Counted from the first letter of the stretch, positions 27,634 to 38,218 are shown. The stretch is 64,000 bases of DNA from Trueperaceae bacterium (GCA_965214405.1 OZ243956.1:2624001-2688000); one strand, 5' to 3'. Translations and numbers: made by a program. Notes: a model not told the origin generated them from the letters alone.

Positions 27634-28988
27634 GCGCCGTACCCCTTGGCCCAATCTTCGGCGGCGTTCTCGAGCACCACCTCTCCCCCGTAACGCGGAT
27701 GGTCAAACCAGGGCCGCGCGGTGTCCGATAAGGCCGAAATCTGCCGCAAATAGGGTAATGACGCTGTGACCAGCCGCCGCTCAACCGCACCCAGGTCGGG
27801 GTACGCGTCAAGCGCGTCCAGCCAAACCGCGCGCCCCGCTAAAAAGCCGCTCGAGCCCGCCCCGAACGCCAATTCCAGATTAAGCGCAAACTCGCGCGGC
27901 CCCACCCCCGCGCTCAAGAGCACCCAGGGAACATTGGTCGCCGCGTCGAGGTCTCGCAAGTAACCCTCCACCTGCTCGAGCTCATACACCGCCTCCCGCG
28001 CCGTCCCGTCGAACGCGCCCCCCGCGAACTCGCGGCAGTAGCGGAGGTTGGCGGGGAACTCGAGCTTGAGCAAATCCACCCCGAACGCGTCGTCCGAAAA
28101 ATGCCGCACCGAGCTAAGAACCCGCTCCGGCTTGGCCGCGGCGTATTCGGACGAGTCCTCGCGCTCGCCCTCTTTAGGATAGATAAGCAGTTCCAACACG
28201 AAGGGGATGTCGTGCTTCTCGCAATCCGCGCCGACGGAGCGCACAAAAGTATCTTGATGCTTGCGCGTGTTTTTGCGCACGTCCGGGCGGTCCCAGACTA
28301 AAACCTTGACCCCCGCCGCGCCGCTCCGCTTGATCTTCTCGACGCTCCAGCCTGGGATGGGTCCGGACAACCTTTCGCCGTTCTTGGTCTTAAAGGCGTG
28401 GTCCTCGAGCGTGCTTAAAAGCCCCACCCGGCCCGGCACGTAAGGCAGCGCGTGTGGGTGCGCCCAGATGGGGTCAATGAGGACCGCCGACGCCTCCGGG
28501 GCGAGCGTGCGGGTTAACAGCGTCTTGATTTTCGCCACCTCGTCGTAGCCGACCGCGCCGGGGTCGCGCCCGTCGTGTTTGGCGAGCGCGCGGAACACGG
28601 GGGGCCGCTGGTCCACCGCAATCATCTTGAACACGCCGTGCGCGTCCGCGAGGGTAGTGAGCCCGCGCAGCTTGCCCGCCGAAAGCCCCTTGGCCCCGAC
28701 CTTGGCGCGGAGGTTAATAACGTCGGGCGCGTCTAGGTCTACATACACGGTGTCGTGAACCTTGAAGTGCGCCTTGAACCAGTCGCGCAGGGGCGCGCCG
28801 CCCGTAATCTGCGCGGTGCCATTCTGGTTGGCGCGGCGGTTCACGTAGCCTTCAACGGCCTCCCCGGTGCCCAGCGTGAGCTTGATGGTCCCCTCTTCAA
28901 AAGGGACGTACGCGTCCCAGCCCACGGGCACATTGAAAAAGCCCCCGTCGTAGAAAGGTTTTTGCAGTGTCAAATCAAATCCCGGCAT
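27630..28988 (-). CDS. class I aldolase, LacD/YihT family, with an extra ~95-aa N-terminal domain
   Basis: FKMIAVDQRP, ASAVLIDP, GVDLLKLEFP, PWVLLSAGV, GFLAGRAVW. Confidence 0.85.
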   Translation of the reverse strand: MPGFDLTLQKPFYDGGFFNVPVGWDAYVPFEEGTIKLTLGTGEAVEGYVNRRANQNGTAQITGGAPLRDWFKAHFKVHDTVYVDLDAPDVINLRAKVGAKGLSAGKLRGLTTLADAHGVFKMIAVDQRPPVFRALAKHDGRDPGAVGYDEVAKIKTLLTRTLAPEASAVLIDPIWAHPHALPYVPGRVGLLSTLEDHAFKTKNGERLSGPIPGWSVEKIKRSGAAGVKVLVWDRPDVRKNTRKHQDTFVRSVGADCEKHDIPFVLELLIYPKEGEREDSSEYAAAKPERVLSSVRHFSDDAFGVDLLKLEFPANLRYCREFAGGAFDGTAREAVYELEQVEGYLRDLDAATNVPWVLLSAGVGPREFALNLELAFGAGSSGFLAGRAVWLDALDAYPDLGAVERRLVTASLPYLRQISALSDTARPWFDHPRYGGEVVLENAAEDWAKGYGA

Positions 28989-29088
28989 CGTCTATATGCT
29001 CCAAATTCAGTAGTGTGTCACTCATGTATTGTTCAAAAGATTCTTCAGGAACGTGAAACATACTCCCAGCATACGGCTCGAGCCGCCC

Positions 29089-30012
29089 CTAAGCCCACTT
29101 GAGCTCGTCCATCTCGCGCGCGGTGCGCTTTTCCAGCAGCCTCTCGACCTCGCCCGCCGTCGGAATCGCCCCGCGCCCCAAGCCGGTGCAGGACAAAGCC
29201 GCCGTGACCGAGGCGAAAAGCCCGCTCTGCGCTGCGTCCTGACCCCCCGCCACCGCGTAGGCGTAGGCCCCGTGAAACACGTCGCCCGCCCCGTTGGTGT
29301 CGCGCACCTCGACGGGCAGCGCGGAGATGTGCCGCACCCCCTCCTCGGCCTCGTAAAGAAAGCCCTGCTCGCCCAATGTGATGCCCACGATTTGCTCAGG
29401 GTGCCACCGCAGAGCCGCCAAAGCTGCCTCGGGGTCGTTGCGGCCCAGAATTTCGGCGGCGCACTCCTCGGAAACGAGCAGGTAGTCGAGATGCTGCGTG
29501 AGTTCCCAGTTGCGCGTGTTGCTCCAGTCGCCCAGCGTGGGGACGCCCAGACGTTTGGCCTCTTTTAATACCGCCTCGCTCACCTTTGGGTGCCGCCCGT
29601 CGGTGAGGACGCAGGCGGCGCGTTTCACGCTCGAGAAGTCCCAGCCCTCCGCCTCATCAACCAGCCCCGCGCCGCGGTAGGGGAAGATGTAGCGCTCGCC
29701 CGCCCCGTCCACCAGCACCGCGCTCACCCAGGTGGTGCCGCCCGTCACCATGCGGAGCTGTGAGGTGTCCACGCCGAAACTTTTTAACTCTTCCAGTGCC
29801 GCCCGTCCGTTCAAATCGTCGCCGTGAATCGCCCAAAGTTCGCTACTAGCGCCCAGCCGCGCCGCCGTGACCGCCGCGGTGGCCGCGGGGCCGCCGCCCT
29901 GCATCCGGTACGCGCTCGAGTGCGTTCTCGAGCTCGTCGGCGGGAACCTGTCCACCTGCCAGATGTGGTCCACGCAGGAAAGCCCGACAAAAAGGATGCG
30001 CGGTTTCGTCAT
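29089..30012 (-). CDS. PfkB family sugar kinase, YihV (sulfofructose kinase)-like
   Basis: GGGPAATAAVTAARLG, SAVLVD..GER, DTNGAGDVFHGA. Confidence 0.85.
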   Translation of the reverse strand: MTKPRILFVGLSCVDHIWQVDRFPPTSSRTHSSAYRMQGGGPAATAAVTAARLGASSELWAIHGDDLNGRAALEELKSFGVDTSQLRMVTGGTTWVSAVLVDGAGERYIFPYRGAGLVDEAEGWDFSSVKRAACVLTDGRHPKVSEAVLKEAKRLGVPTLGDWSNTRNWELTQHLDYLLVSEECAAEILGRNDPEAALAALRWHPEQIVGITLGEQGFLYEAEEGVRHISALPVEVRDTNGAGDVFHGAYAYAVAGGQDAAQSGLFASVTAALSCTGLGRGAIPTAGEVERLLEKRTAREMDELKWA

Positions 30013-30019
30013 ACCGACC

Positions 30020-31399
30020 TCATAACGTATGCCTCAGGGGATATAAGGGGAGGGGGCTCGAGCCCAAATACGTGCAGAGTTCTTGTAACCCCTCGGTGAG
30101 TTCACCCGCGCCAAACGCGAAATGGTGCGGGAGGCGGTGGTCGAGCACGTTGGCGACTAGAGTTTCGGCCCGCACCTTTTCGCCGTTCCAGCGCAGGTTG
30201 CTCAGCCAGCCCCGCACCCCGTCGAAGCCCGCCTTGCTGGGCTGAGAAAACGCGCCCGAGACGATGAGGGCGCGGCGGCCCCCCTCGAGCAGCCGGAAAC
30301 CCGTGGCAAAGCCCGGCCTAAGCTTCATATCCCGCACCACCCCCAGCGTGTCGCGGTTGAAATGCGTCGTGAGCCGCGTGCCTCCCTCGCCCGCCCAGGC
30401 ACGCGGCGCGTTGCCGCAGTGCCAGAAGAGGAGGCTGTCGTCGTCCCCGTCCACGTCGGATAAGTCCATGAGGATGGCGGGAAGAGCGCTCATCCCCTGA
30501 AGCGCGAGCATCGAGAGCGCCCCCATCACGTCGCCCTCGCACGCCGCCGGGATGTCACGGTCCCCGAGCCGCCCCACCGCCGCACAGGCCATCGCGCCGC
30601 ACGCGTCGGGGAGTTCGGGCCAGCAGCGCAGCGCGAGCGCGCCGTAGTCACCCTCTCGCGCCATTTTGTTAAGTACCATGTCGATACGGGCGGCGTTTTG
30701 GAGGTGCTCGAGGGGAGCCTCGAGCACCTCCTCCTGCGCCCAGACCTCCGCTCTGGCCGCCGCTTCTTCCCCCGGCACCGCCGCCGCGCGCTCGAAAAGT
30801 TCGGCCAACTCTTTCGTCTCCACCGTTACAGAAGCGAGTTCGGGCCGCTCCTCAATCCCGTAAAAGGCCGGGGCGGTGCCGCCGATTTGCAGGATGCGCG
30901 CCTCCTCAATGGCCTTGAGACCCCGCAGCGCCGCGAGCGTCGGCAGGAGCCGAGCGCGGAACCACGAACTCCCCGCCTCGCCGTAAAACCACTTCACGGG
31001 CTCCCGTTTGGCAACTTCGGGATGGTCTAAAAAGCTCATCGTCATGTTGAGGCCGCAGAGCGCATTCAAGGGCAGCGGCCCCGTGTCCCCGCGCCCGCCC
31101 GAGGACTCCGGCAAGGCCCACACGCCCACGCGCCGCGACGCGTGCAACAGGGGCGTGAGGAGGTCGCCCGTGGCGAAGGTGGTGTGCTGGATGAGAAGGA
31201 AGTCCAGCCCCATCTCAGAAAGTTCCCCCGCCGCCTTTTGAGAGGTTTCTAAATCGCTTGCCGACACCGAAGGCGTAACAACCTCAAAATGGAGTTCTTC
31301 GCCGAGGTCTTTTAGGCGCTCGAGGCTCCTCTCCGCAGCTTTTTGACTCTCACCCTTGAAGAGCGGACGAACGACGCTGACAAATCCTAGTTTCAACAC
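30020..31399 (-). CDS. L-fucose/L-arabinose isomerase family protein
   Basis: ALRCWPE, ACEGDVMG, FWHCG, HHFAF motifs. Confidence 0.8.
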   Translation of the reverse strand: MLKLGFVSVVRPLFKGESQKAAERSLERLKDLGEELHFEVVTPSVSASDLETSQKAAGELSEMGLDFLLIQHTTFATGDLLTPLLHASRRVGVWALPESSGGRGDTGPLPLNALCGLNMTMSFLDHPEVAKREPVKWFYGEAGSSWFRARLLPTLAALRGLKAIEEARILQIGGTAPAFYGIEERPELASVTVETKELAELFERAAAVPGEEAAARAEVWAQEEVLEAPLEHLQNAARIDMVLNKMAREGDYGALALRCWPELPDACGAMACAAVGRLGDRDIPAACEGDVMGALSMLALQGMSALPAILMDLSDVDGDDDSLLFWHCGNAPRAWAGEGGTRLTTHFNRDTLGVVRDMKLRPGFATGFRLLEGGRRALIVSGAFSQPSKAGFDGVRGWLSNLRWNGEKVRAETLVANVLDHRLPHHFAFGAGELTEGLQELCTYLGSSPLPLYPLRHTL

Positions 31400-31477
31400 C
31401 TAATGCTTCTCCTGCCCCGTTTGTAAACGGTAACGAATCCCGAAGTGCTCCAGCCCCCGAAAAACTTTCCCCCTACT

Positions 31478-32368
31478 CTACCCCTTGACCCCGCCCGCCG
31501 TGAGCCCGCTAATGATGCGCTGCTGGAAAAAGATAATCAAGACCACCAGCGGAATGATGCCCAACGTGACCGCCGCGCTAATCACCGCCCACGGAAACGC
31601 GAATTCACCCTGATAAAGCGTGATGCCCACGGGAACGGTACGCATGTTGAGGTTCGTGTTGAAGGTCAGCGCCAGCAAAAACTCGTTCCACGAATTCACA
31701 AATACGATGATGCCCGCCGTGACGATGCCGGGAGCCGAGAGGGGCATGATGATGCGGAAGAGCGCCCCCACGCGCGTACAGCCGTCCACGGTGGCGGCGG
31801 CCTCCAACTCGCTCGGGATGAGTTGAAAAAAGCTCGTCAGCGTCAGCGTCGCAATGGGCAGCGAGAGCGCCACGTAGGGGATGATGAGCGCCCAGTAGGT
31901 ATTGAGCAAGTTCGGCGTCATGACCACGTCGGGCAGGAACAAAAAGCCCTCCAAAAAGGGCAGCTCGACGCCCCGGAAAAGCCGGTAGAGCGGCACGAGC
32001 AGGACCAAAGCCGGAAACATGCTCGTCATCACGATGCCCGTCATGATGACGCGCCGCCCCCGCAGCCGCAGCCGCCCCAACGCGTAACCCGCGAGCGCCG
32101 CGAAAAGGACGCAAAGAAGCGTCGCGCCGATGGAGACGACGAAGGAGTTGCGTAAAAAGAGTTCAAAGGGATTGCGCTCAAAGACCTGCACATAATTGTT
32201 GAGCGTCGGGTCGGCGGGCAAATAGGTGATGGGCGTGCGCGTGAGTTCGCCCTCGCGCTTGAACGACGTCAAGAAGAGCCACGCCGCCGGGAAAAAGCCG
32301 TTGATGATGACCAGCACCAGCGCCACGGTCATAAACACGCGGTTGGTGAGAGAGGGACGTTGTTTCAT
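31478..32368 (-). CDS. carbohydrate ABC transporter permease (MalG-like)
   Basis: IPSELEAAATVDG EAA loop, WNEFLLAL. Confidence 0.92.
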   Translation of the reverse strand: MKQRPSLTNRVFMTVALVLVIINGFFPAAWLFLTSFKREGELTRTPITYLPADPTLNNYVQVFERNPFELFLRNSFVVSIGATLLCVLFAALAGYALGRLRLRGRRVIMTGIVMTSMFPALVLLVPLYRLFRGVELPFLEGFLFLPDVVMTPNLLNTYWALIIPYVALSLPIATLTLTSFFQLIPSELEAAATVDGCTRVGALFRIIMPLSAPGIVTAGIIVFVNSWNEFLLALTFNTNLNMRTVPVGITLYQGEFAFPWAVISAAVTLGIIPLVVLIIFFQQRIISGLTAGGVKG

Positions 32369-32375
32369 TGGCGCA

Positions 32376-33584
32376 TCATTCCGTATAAATCCAGCGCAGA
32401 TAAAACACGGTAATCGTCAGGCTCAGCGCGAAAAGCGCCACCGAGAGCGCCGCCGCGTAGCCGATGTCTAAGCCGTTGGCGGTCTTATAGATGTAGACGC
32501 CGAGCGTTTCCAAGGCCCGCCCCGGCCCCCCGCCCGTCATGGTAAAGGGGATGTCGAACGTCTGGATGGCGGTGAGCGTGCGGAAAATAAGCGCGACGGC
32601 GATGGAGGGCCGCAACAGGGGCAAGGTGATGCGCCAGAACCGCTGCCACGCGCTCGCCCCGTCCACCACCGCGGCCTCGTACAGACTCTCGTCAATCGAC
32701 TGCAAGCCTGCCAGCAGGATGAGCCCCACGAACGACGACGTTTTCCAGATGATAGCCAGGTTCGCCGCGATGACCGCGGACACGGGCCGTGCGAGCCACA
32801 GGACGCCGTCATCCCCGACCAGGTTGGGCGGCAGGAGAGCGGCGAAGAGCGTGTTGAGCCCGACCCGCCCGAAGAGGTCGTTAACAACCCCGTAGTCGCT
32901 CTGAAAAAGCCACGCGAAGGTGAGGCCGGTGAAGGCTTGGGGCATCGCCCAGGGCAGGAGGAGCGCCACCCGCACGAGCCACTTCAAGGGGTGCTCGACG
33001 TTGGCGAGTAGCGCCAGCGGCAGCCCTACCAGAAAGGACCCGGTCACGCTCACGAAAATAACAAGCAGCGTAAGGTTGAAAGAGCTCCAGAAGCGCTCAT
33101 CGGCCCAGCGTGCCCGTTCTATAGCAGGGTCGGGCTGGTAGCCCATGAGCCATCCGAAGATGAGCACCGCCGCCACGGTCCAGAGGAGCGCGTAGCGCCG
33201 CCCGAGCCCGCCGCGTAGCGCCCACAGCCAGGCCAAAACCGCGCTCGCCAGGCCCAGCACGCGCCACCAGACGAGGCTACTCACGGTCCACAGGGCGGGG
33301 TAGACGGTGCTGCCGTCCCTCTCGACGCCGCGCACCCACAGCATCTCGCGGAAGTTTGTAAGCCCCACAAACGGCGTCCCCAAAAAGGGCTGATTCAGCC
33401 TCTCAAAATGCAGCGACTGCCACAGCACGTTGACGACTGGATAGAGCATCACCACCGCGAGCGTGAGGAGCGCGGGCAGGAGGAGCAAGACGGCGAGCTG
33501 GCCTTCGCTCAAGTTGCCCGTGCGCAGGCGCTGCCAGAAGTTTGGCTTCCGGTAGGTGGGGGCGGGTTTGGAGGAGACGGCCAT
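32376..33584 (-). CDS. carbohydrate ABC transporter permease (MalF-like)
   Basis: LAGLQSIDESLYEAAVVDGAS..QRF..ITLP. Confidence 0.92.
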   Translation of the reverse strand: MAVSSKPAPTYRKPNFWQRLRTGNLSEGQLAVLLLLPALLTLAVVMLYPVVNVLWQSLHFERLNQPFLGTPFVGLTNFREMLWVRGVERDGSTVYPALWTVSSLVWWRVLGLASAVLAWLWALRGGLGRRYALLWTVAAVLIFGWLMGYQPDPAIERARWADERFWSSFNLTLLVIFVSVTGSFLVGLPLALLANVEHPLKWLVRVALLLPWAMPQAFTGLTFAWLFQSDYGVVNDLFGRVGLNTLFAALLPPNLVGDDGVLWLARPVSAVIAANLAIIWKTSSFVGLILLAGLQSIDESLYEAAVVDGASAWQRFWRITLPLLRPSIAVALIFRTLTAIQTFDIPFTMTGGGPGRALETLGVYIYKTANGLDIGYAAALSVALFALSLTITVFYLRWIYTE

Positions 33585-33664
33585 AAGATAGTCTGTTTAT
33601 CCTTACATAAAATATAGGGGCAAATATAGGGGCGCGAGGGTTCACGCCCCTGTGGAAGTCACAC

Positions 33665-34942
33665 TTACTGAAGAATGTCCTCTAAACCGACTTGCATCTG
33701 CTCGAGCGCCTCTTCCTCACTCAATGACCCCGCCAAAAAGGCGTTCATGGTGCTCCGGATGAGCTCGGACACGTCGCTATAAAAGGGCGTGACCGGGCGC
33801 GGGCGGGCGTTCACGATGACGTCGTAAAACCTCTCGAAGTGCGGGTTGGCCGCCAAGACCTCGGGGTCTTGGAAGAGTTCGGCGCGGACCGGGATGCGGC
33901 TCGCTTCTATCGCCCAGGCGCGTCCAAACTCTGGCGAAGAAAAGAACTGGATCACGTCAAAGGCGGTTTCTTTATTTTCGCTGTAGGGGTTGATGGCCCA
34001 CTGCCAGCCGCCCACGCAGGTCGCCGACTCGTTGCCCTCAAAGGCGGGCAGGGGCGCGACGCCCACCACGCCCGCGACCTCGGAGTCCTCGTCCCCCTGG
34101 AAGCGCGCCCAGGCGTAGCCCCAGTTGAGCATGAACACCACGTCGCCCGCTTGGAACTCTTGGCGGGAGTTGTCCGTGCCCGTCTCGGCGATGTTGGGCT
34201 TCGTGATGCCTGAGTCTAAGGTTTCTTGGTACCACTCCAAGGCTCTCTGTCCCTCGGGCGAGTCCACGGTGATGTTGCCGTCGGCGTCTTGCCAATCGCC
34301 GCCCGCGGTCCACAGCGCCTGCAAGAAGGTGCAGTTGGTGCCCTCGATGGCGGCGCCCTGGTAGTTGAAGCCTTGCAGGGAGGGGTCGTTTTCGCCCTCG
34401 AGAACAGTCAGCGCCTGCTCTTGAAGCTCTTCCCAGGTTGTGGGGGGCTCGAAGCCGTACTTCTCGAGCAAATCCTGACGGTAGTACAAGAACTGCGCGT
34501 CCGTATAGGCGGGGATGGCGTAGAGCGTGCCGTCCACCGTGTCAGCCTCGACGGGACCTTGTAAGAAATCAGCCAGGTACTCCTCCTGCGCTTCTTCGCT
34601 GCCGAAGTATTGGCCCAGCGGCTCCGCCCAGCCCGCGGCGGCGTAGGTGGCGGGGCGGATGACGTCAATCTGGAAGATGTCGATCTCGCCCGACTGGCTC
34701 GTCAGGACGGTATTAAGGTACTGCTGCTGCGCGTCACTCGTCGCGCCGCCCGTTTCAAAGCGGATGGTGACGTTCGGGTTTTCCGCGCTAAAGCGGTCCG
34801 CGTACTCCTGAAACAGGTCCATCGGCTCGCGCGGGTCTAAGAACATGACCACTTCGGTTGGAGAATCGGTCTGCGCGAAAACGTGCGACAGGGGAAGCGC
34901 GAGAAGGGTGACGAGGAACGTCAGGCGTAAGGAACGTTTCAT
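33665..34942 (-). CDS. sugar ABC transporter substrate-binding protein
   Basis: Signal peptide, LYYRQDLLEKYG, PPTTWEEL, GGWQWAINPYS; AGGAGG RBS. Confidence 0.92.
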   Translation of the reverse strand: MKRSLRLTFLVTLLALPLSHVFAQTDSPTEVVMFLDPREPMDLFQEYADRFSAENPNVTIRFETGGATSDAQQQYLNTVLTSQSGEIDIFQIDVIRPATYAAAGWAEPLGQYFGSEEAQEEYLADFLQGPVEADTVDGTLYAIPAYTDAQFLYYRQDLLEKYGFEPPTTWEELQEQALTVLEGENDPSLQGFNYQGAAIEGTNCTFLQALWTAGGDWQDADGNITVDSPEGQRALEWYQETLDSGITKPNIAETGTDNSRQEFQAGDVVFMLNWGYAWARFQGDEDSEVAGVVGVAPLPAFEGNESATCVGGWQWAINPYSENKETAFDVIQFFSSPEFGRAWAIEASRIPVRAELFQDPEVLAANPHFERFYDVIVNARPRPVTPFYSDVSELIRSTMNAFLAGSLSEEEALEQMQVGLEDILQ

Positions 34943-35093
34943 AATGCCTCCTAAGATTGGGATACTTTCGCCTTACTTTATCCTATTTGGGCGGCCTTAA
35001 CCAGATGTGCGTCTTCATTCAGCTTCATCTTTGGGTTTTTGGGAGGCTTGAGCCCACCCTCACCTGAGTAACGAGCTTTCTCTTCACCACCCT

Positions 35094-36332
35094 TTATACA
35101 GCCCCGGACGCACGTAACGCGGCCACCTCCTCCTCGCTGTACCCCAACTCCCGCAGCACCTCGTCGGTGTGCTCTCCTAACGTCGGCGGCGGGGTGCGGA
35201 CGCTGCCGGGGGTGCGGGAAAATTTGAGCGGGATGCCCGTCATTTTGAGAGGTCCGGCGGTGGGGTGTGGGAGTTCTACGAACATCTCCCTGGCCTCCGC
35301 CTGCGGGTCATGGGCCACGTCCGCAACCGTGAAAACGGGCGAAGCGGGGACGCCGTGTGTAGAGAGCGTCTCGAGCCAATAGTCGGTCGTCTCCCGCTTA
35401 AAAATCTCTTCTAACATGGGTAAAAGCTCGTCTCGGTGCCCTGCGCGCGCTGAGTTGGTCCGAAACTTAATGTCGTCGGTGAGTTCGGGAAGTCCCAACG
35501 CCTCCGTAAACTTTGCCCACAGCTTGTCATTACCCACCGCGACAATCACGTGACTATCGCGCGTCTCGAAAGCCTGGTACGGAACAATCGTGGGATGAGC
35601 CGAGCCGTAACGCCCCGGCGTCTCGCCCGTTGCAAAATAGTTCCCGGCGAGGTAGGTGAGCCAGGAGATTTGTCCCTCGAAAAGGGAGGTGTCGACGTAC
35701 TGACCGCGTCCGGTCCTTTCCCTCTCCTGCAACGCGCTCAAAATACCTACCACGCTCCACATCGCCGCGCCAAGGTCGGCAACCGCCACCCCGACGCGCA
35801 CCGGGGGCAGCTCGGGGTAACCCGTGGCGCTCATGATGCCGCCCATCGCCAGCCCCATGATGTCGTAGCCGGGCCGGTCGCGGTAGGGGCCGGTCTGCCC
35901 AAAGCCCGAGACGGCGCAGTAGATGAGGCGCGGGTTGATGTCGCTCAGCTTGCTGTATCCGATACCCAGCTTGTCAGCGGTGCCGGGGCGAAAATTCTCC
36001 ACCACCACGTCCGCCCAGGCTGCCAGGCGGTAGATGATGTTTTTGCCCGCAGGGCTCTTGAGGTCAACGGTGAGGCTGCGCTTGTTACGGTTGACCGACA
36101 TAAAGTAGACCGACTCGTCGCCGAGCGCGGGCGGCACCCAGGCGCGCGTGTCGTCGCCGCTGCCGGGTTTTTCTACTTTGACGACTTCTGCGCCAAGGTC
36201 GGCCAGGACCATCGTGCAGTAGGGGCCGCTGAGGATGCGGGAGAGGTCAAGGACGCGCAAGCCGGTGAGGGGGCCGGTGGAGACCTCGAGCCGGTCTTCA
36301 AAAGAAGCGTCAGAACGCGAAACGTTCGCCAC
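35094..36332 (-). CDS. CaiB/BaiF family CoA-transferase
   Basis: [34 protein letters not shown] motifs. Confidence 0.93.
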   Translation of the reverse strand: MANVSRSDASFEDRLEVSTGPLTGLRVLDLSRILSGPYCTMVLADLGAEVVKVEKPGSGDDTRAWVPPALGDESVYFMSVNRNKRSLTVDLKSPAGKNIIYRLAAWADVVVENFRPGTADKLGIGYSKLSDINPRLIYCAVSGFGQTGPYRDRPGYDIMGLAMGGIMSATGYPELPPVRVGVAVADLGAAMWSVVGILSALQERERTGRGQYVDTSLFEGQISWLTYLAGNYFATGETPGRYGSAHPTIVPYQAFETRDSHVIVAVGNDKLWAKFTEALGLPELTDDIKFRTNSARAGHRDELLPMLEEIFKRETTDYWLETLSTHGVPASPVFTVADVAHDPQAEAREMFVELPHPTAGPLKMTGIPLKFSRTPGSVRTPPPTLGEHTDEVLRELGYSEEEVAALRASGAV

Positions 36333-36337
36333 GGTTT

Positions 36338-37192
36338 TTAGAGCGCGCGCAACAGGGGCTCTAAGTGCGCTCTGCCCGCGCGGAGCCCAGCTTCGCCGTC
36401 GGAAGCTGAGGCTGTCGTGCCGCTCTGCGAGTGGTGCGACCCGCCAAAAAGCGGGTCTTCATGTTCTAACGAGATACCCCCCGAAAAGCCCACCTCGACA
36501 AGCCGCGTCAACACCGCCCGCCAGTCCACCTCACCCCAACCCGGCACCCGGTAGCGCCACCAGCCCTCGCCCAAAAATCCCTGCCGCCTGAGTTTCGCCC
36601 CGATAACCTCGGTGTCTTTGGCGTGGACGTGAATAATGTAAGGGCCAAACTCGTAAAGTGGCTCATAGGGCTCAATCCCCAAGCGCACAAGGTGACTCGG
36701 GTCGTAGGTGAGGCGAAAGTTAGGCCGGTCCACCCTTTCAATGAGCGCCCCCCAAAGGTCGGGGTTGATGGCGATGTTGCCCGTGTCGGGGCAGTTTTCC
36801 ACCGCCACCGCCACGCCCTCACCCGCGCGGTCACAGAGGCGTTGCAGGGCCTCTGCGCTCCCCGCGACGTTCTCGCTTAGACTCACCGCCGGGTCGATGC
36901 CCGTTGAAATGTTGACAATCGGTACGCCGTGGTCTCTGGCAATGTCGATGCGCGCCTCTGTGTTCTCCAAGAACTCTTTGCGTTTTGCTTCATCAGGATG
37001 ACGAATGTTGCGGCAGTAGAGGAGCGCGCTGACCCGTAGGATGGGGTCTGAAAGGTACGCCCTAAGCTCATCTAAAGGCGCGTGCGGGCCGACCTCCATA
37101 TGCGCGTAGCCCTCCGCCGCGCCCCACGCGGCAATCTCATTTAGGGAGCGCCCCGCCAAGGCGCTCGTGATAAACCCCAAGGTGATGGTCAT
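36338..37192 (-). CDS. sugar phosphate isomerase/epimerase (xylose-isomerase-like TIM barrel)
   Basis: [32 protein letters not shown]. Confidence 0.88.
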   Translation of the reverse strand: MTITLGFITSALAGRSLNEIAAWGAAEGYAHMEVGPHAPLDELRAYLSDPILRVSALLYCRNIRHPDEAKRKEFLENTEARIDIARDHGVPIVNISTGIDPAVSLSENVAGSAEALQRLCDRAGEGVAVAVENCPDTGNIAINPDLWGALIERVDRPNFRLTYDPSHLVRLGIEPYEPLYEFGPYIIHVHAKDTEVIGAKLRRQGFLGEGWWRYRVPGWGEVDWRAVLTRLVEVGFSGGISLEHEDPLFGGSHHSQSGTTASASDGEAGLRAGRAHLEPLLRAL

Positions 37193-37246
37193 GGAGAGAG
37201 CAAGCTACCACGCGCGCCTCCTCACTTCAAGATTTCATACAGGTTT

Positions 37247-38218
37247 TCACGTAGCGCCGCCCTCGCTCGGCCTTCCCGGCACCCCCTCGTCCGGCGCGCC
37301 GCTCTCACCTTCGTCTCTTTTGGCGTCTCCTTTAGATTTTTCTTCAGGCGTCTTCCTGTGGTGACGCAGCGAGCCGTAACGCACGGCGTAGGCCTTGCCA
37401 AATTCCGCGCCCAGGAAAAAGAGTTGCGCGGTGAAAAAAACCCACAGCAAAAAGACCACCAGCGACCCCGCCGCGCCGTAGGCCGAACCCACCACGCTGT
37501 TGCCGATAAAAATGCCGATGGCCCACTTTCCTATCGTAAAAAGGAGCGCCGTCACGATAGCGCCCGGCCCCACGTCGCGCCAGGTGAGGGGGATGTCGGG
37601 CAAAAACTTGTAGAGCAGCGCAAAAAGAAGACTGAGAAGCACGATGTTGACCACCGCGTCGAACGCGCCCACGAGCGCGGCAGGCATCATCAACTGTTTG
37701 CTCAAAAAACGCGTAAAAGCGGCCAGCGCCGCGCTTAATAGGAGCGACGTCAGCAGCAGAAAGCCGAGACCCAGCACCAGCGCCAGCGACACGATGCGGC
37801 CCCAGACCGCGCTCATGATCCCGCCGCGGTGCCCCTTGCTGACGCTCCAGATGGCGTCGAGCGACTCTCTAAGTTCGTTGAGCACCGCCGAAGCGACAAA
37901 AAACAAGATGCCGAAGCCGATAAGCGAGGCGATGATGCCCGAGCGCGCGCCGTAGGCGTCAAAGGCGTTGGTAAAGAGCAGCTCGACCACCTCGTCGCCC
38001 GCATCGCCGATGAGGCTGTGGAGCTGCGCGGCCACCTCGGTTTGGACCTGCTGCCGCTCGAACACGATGCTGCTTATGCCCAGCGCGATCACGAAAAGGG
38101 GTGCCAAGGACAGCACCGTGTAAAACGCCAGCGCCGCCCCCATGCGCGGCACGTTATCCTCGCCATAGGCGCGCATGGTATCCTGCAGAAGCGTCCGACC
38201 GACCCTCAACATGACCAT
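37247..38218 (-). CDS. YihY/virulence factor BrkB family membrane protein
   Basis: GAALAFYTVLSLAP, YGAAGSLVVFLLWVF...GAEF. Confidence 0.9.
   Translation of the reverse strand: MVMLRVGRTLLQDTMRAYGEDNVPRMGAALAFYTVLSLAPLFVIALGISSIVFERQQVQTEVAAQLHSLIGDAGDEVVELLFTNAFDAYGARSGIIASLIGFGILFFVASAVLNELRESLDAIWSVSKGHRGGIMSAVWGRIVSLALVLGLGFLLLTSLLLSAALAAFTRFLSKQLMMPAALVGAFDAVVNIVLLSLLFALLYKFLPDIPLTWRDVGPGAIVTALLFTIGKWAIGIFIGNSVVGSAYGAAGSLVVFLLWVFFTAQLFFLGAEFGKAYAVRYGSLRHHRKTPEEKSKGDAKRDEGESGAPDEGVPGRPSEGGAT

Noticed and set aside
33610..33651. 12-bp tandem AAATATAGGGGC and adjacent hairpin after the binding-protein gene
   Set aside because: Ordinary intercistronic stem-loop of ABC operons plus a local duplication; nothing further supports a distinct element
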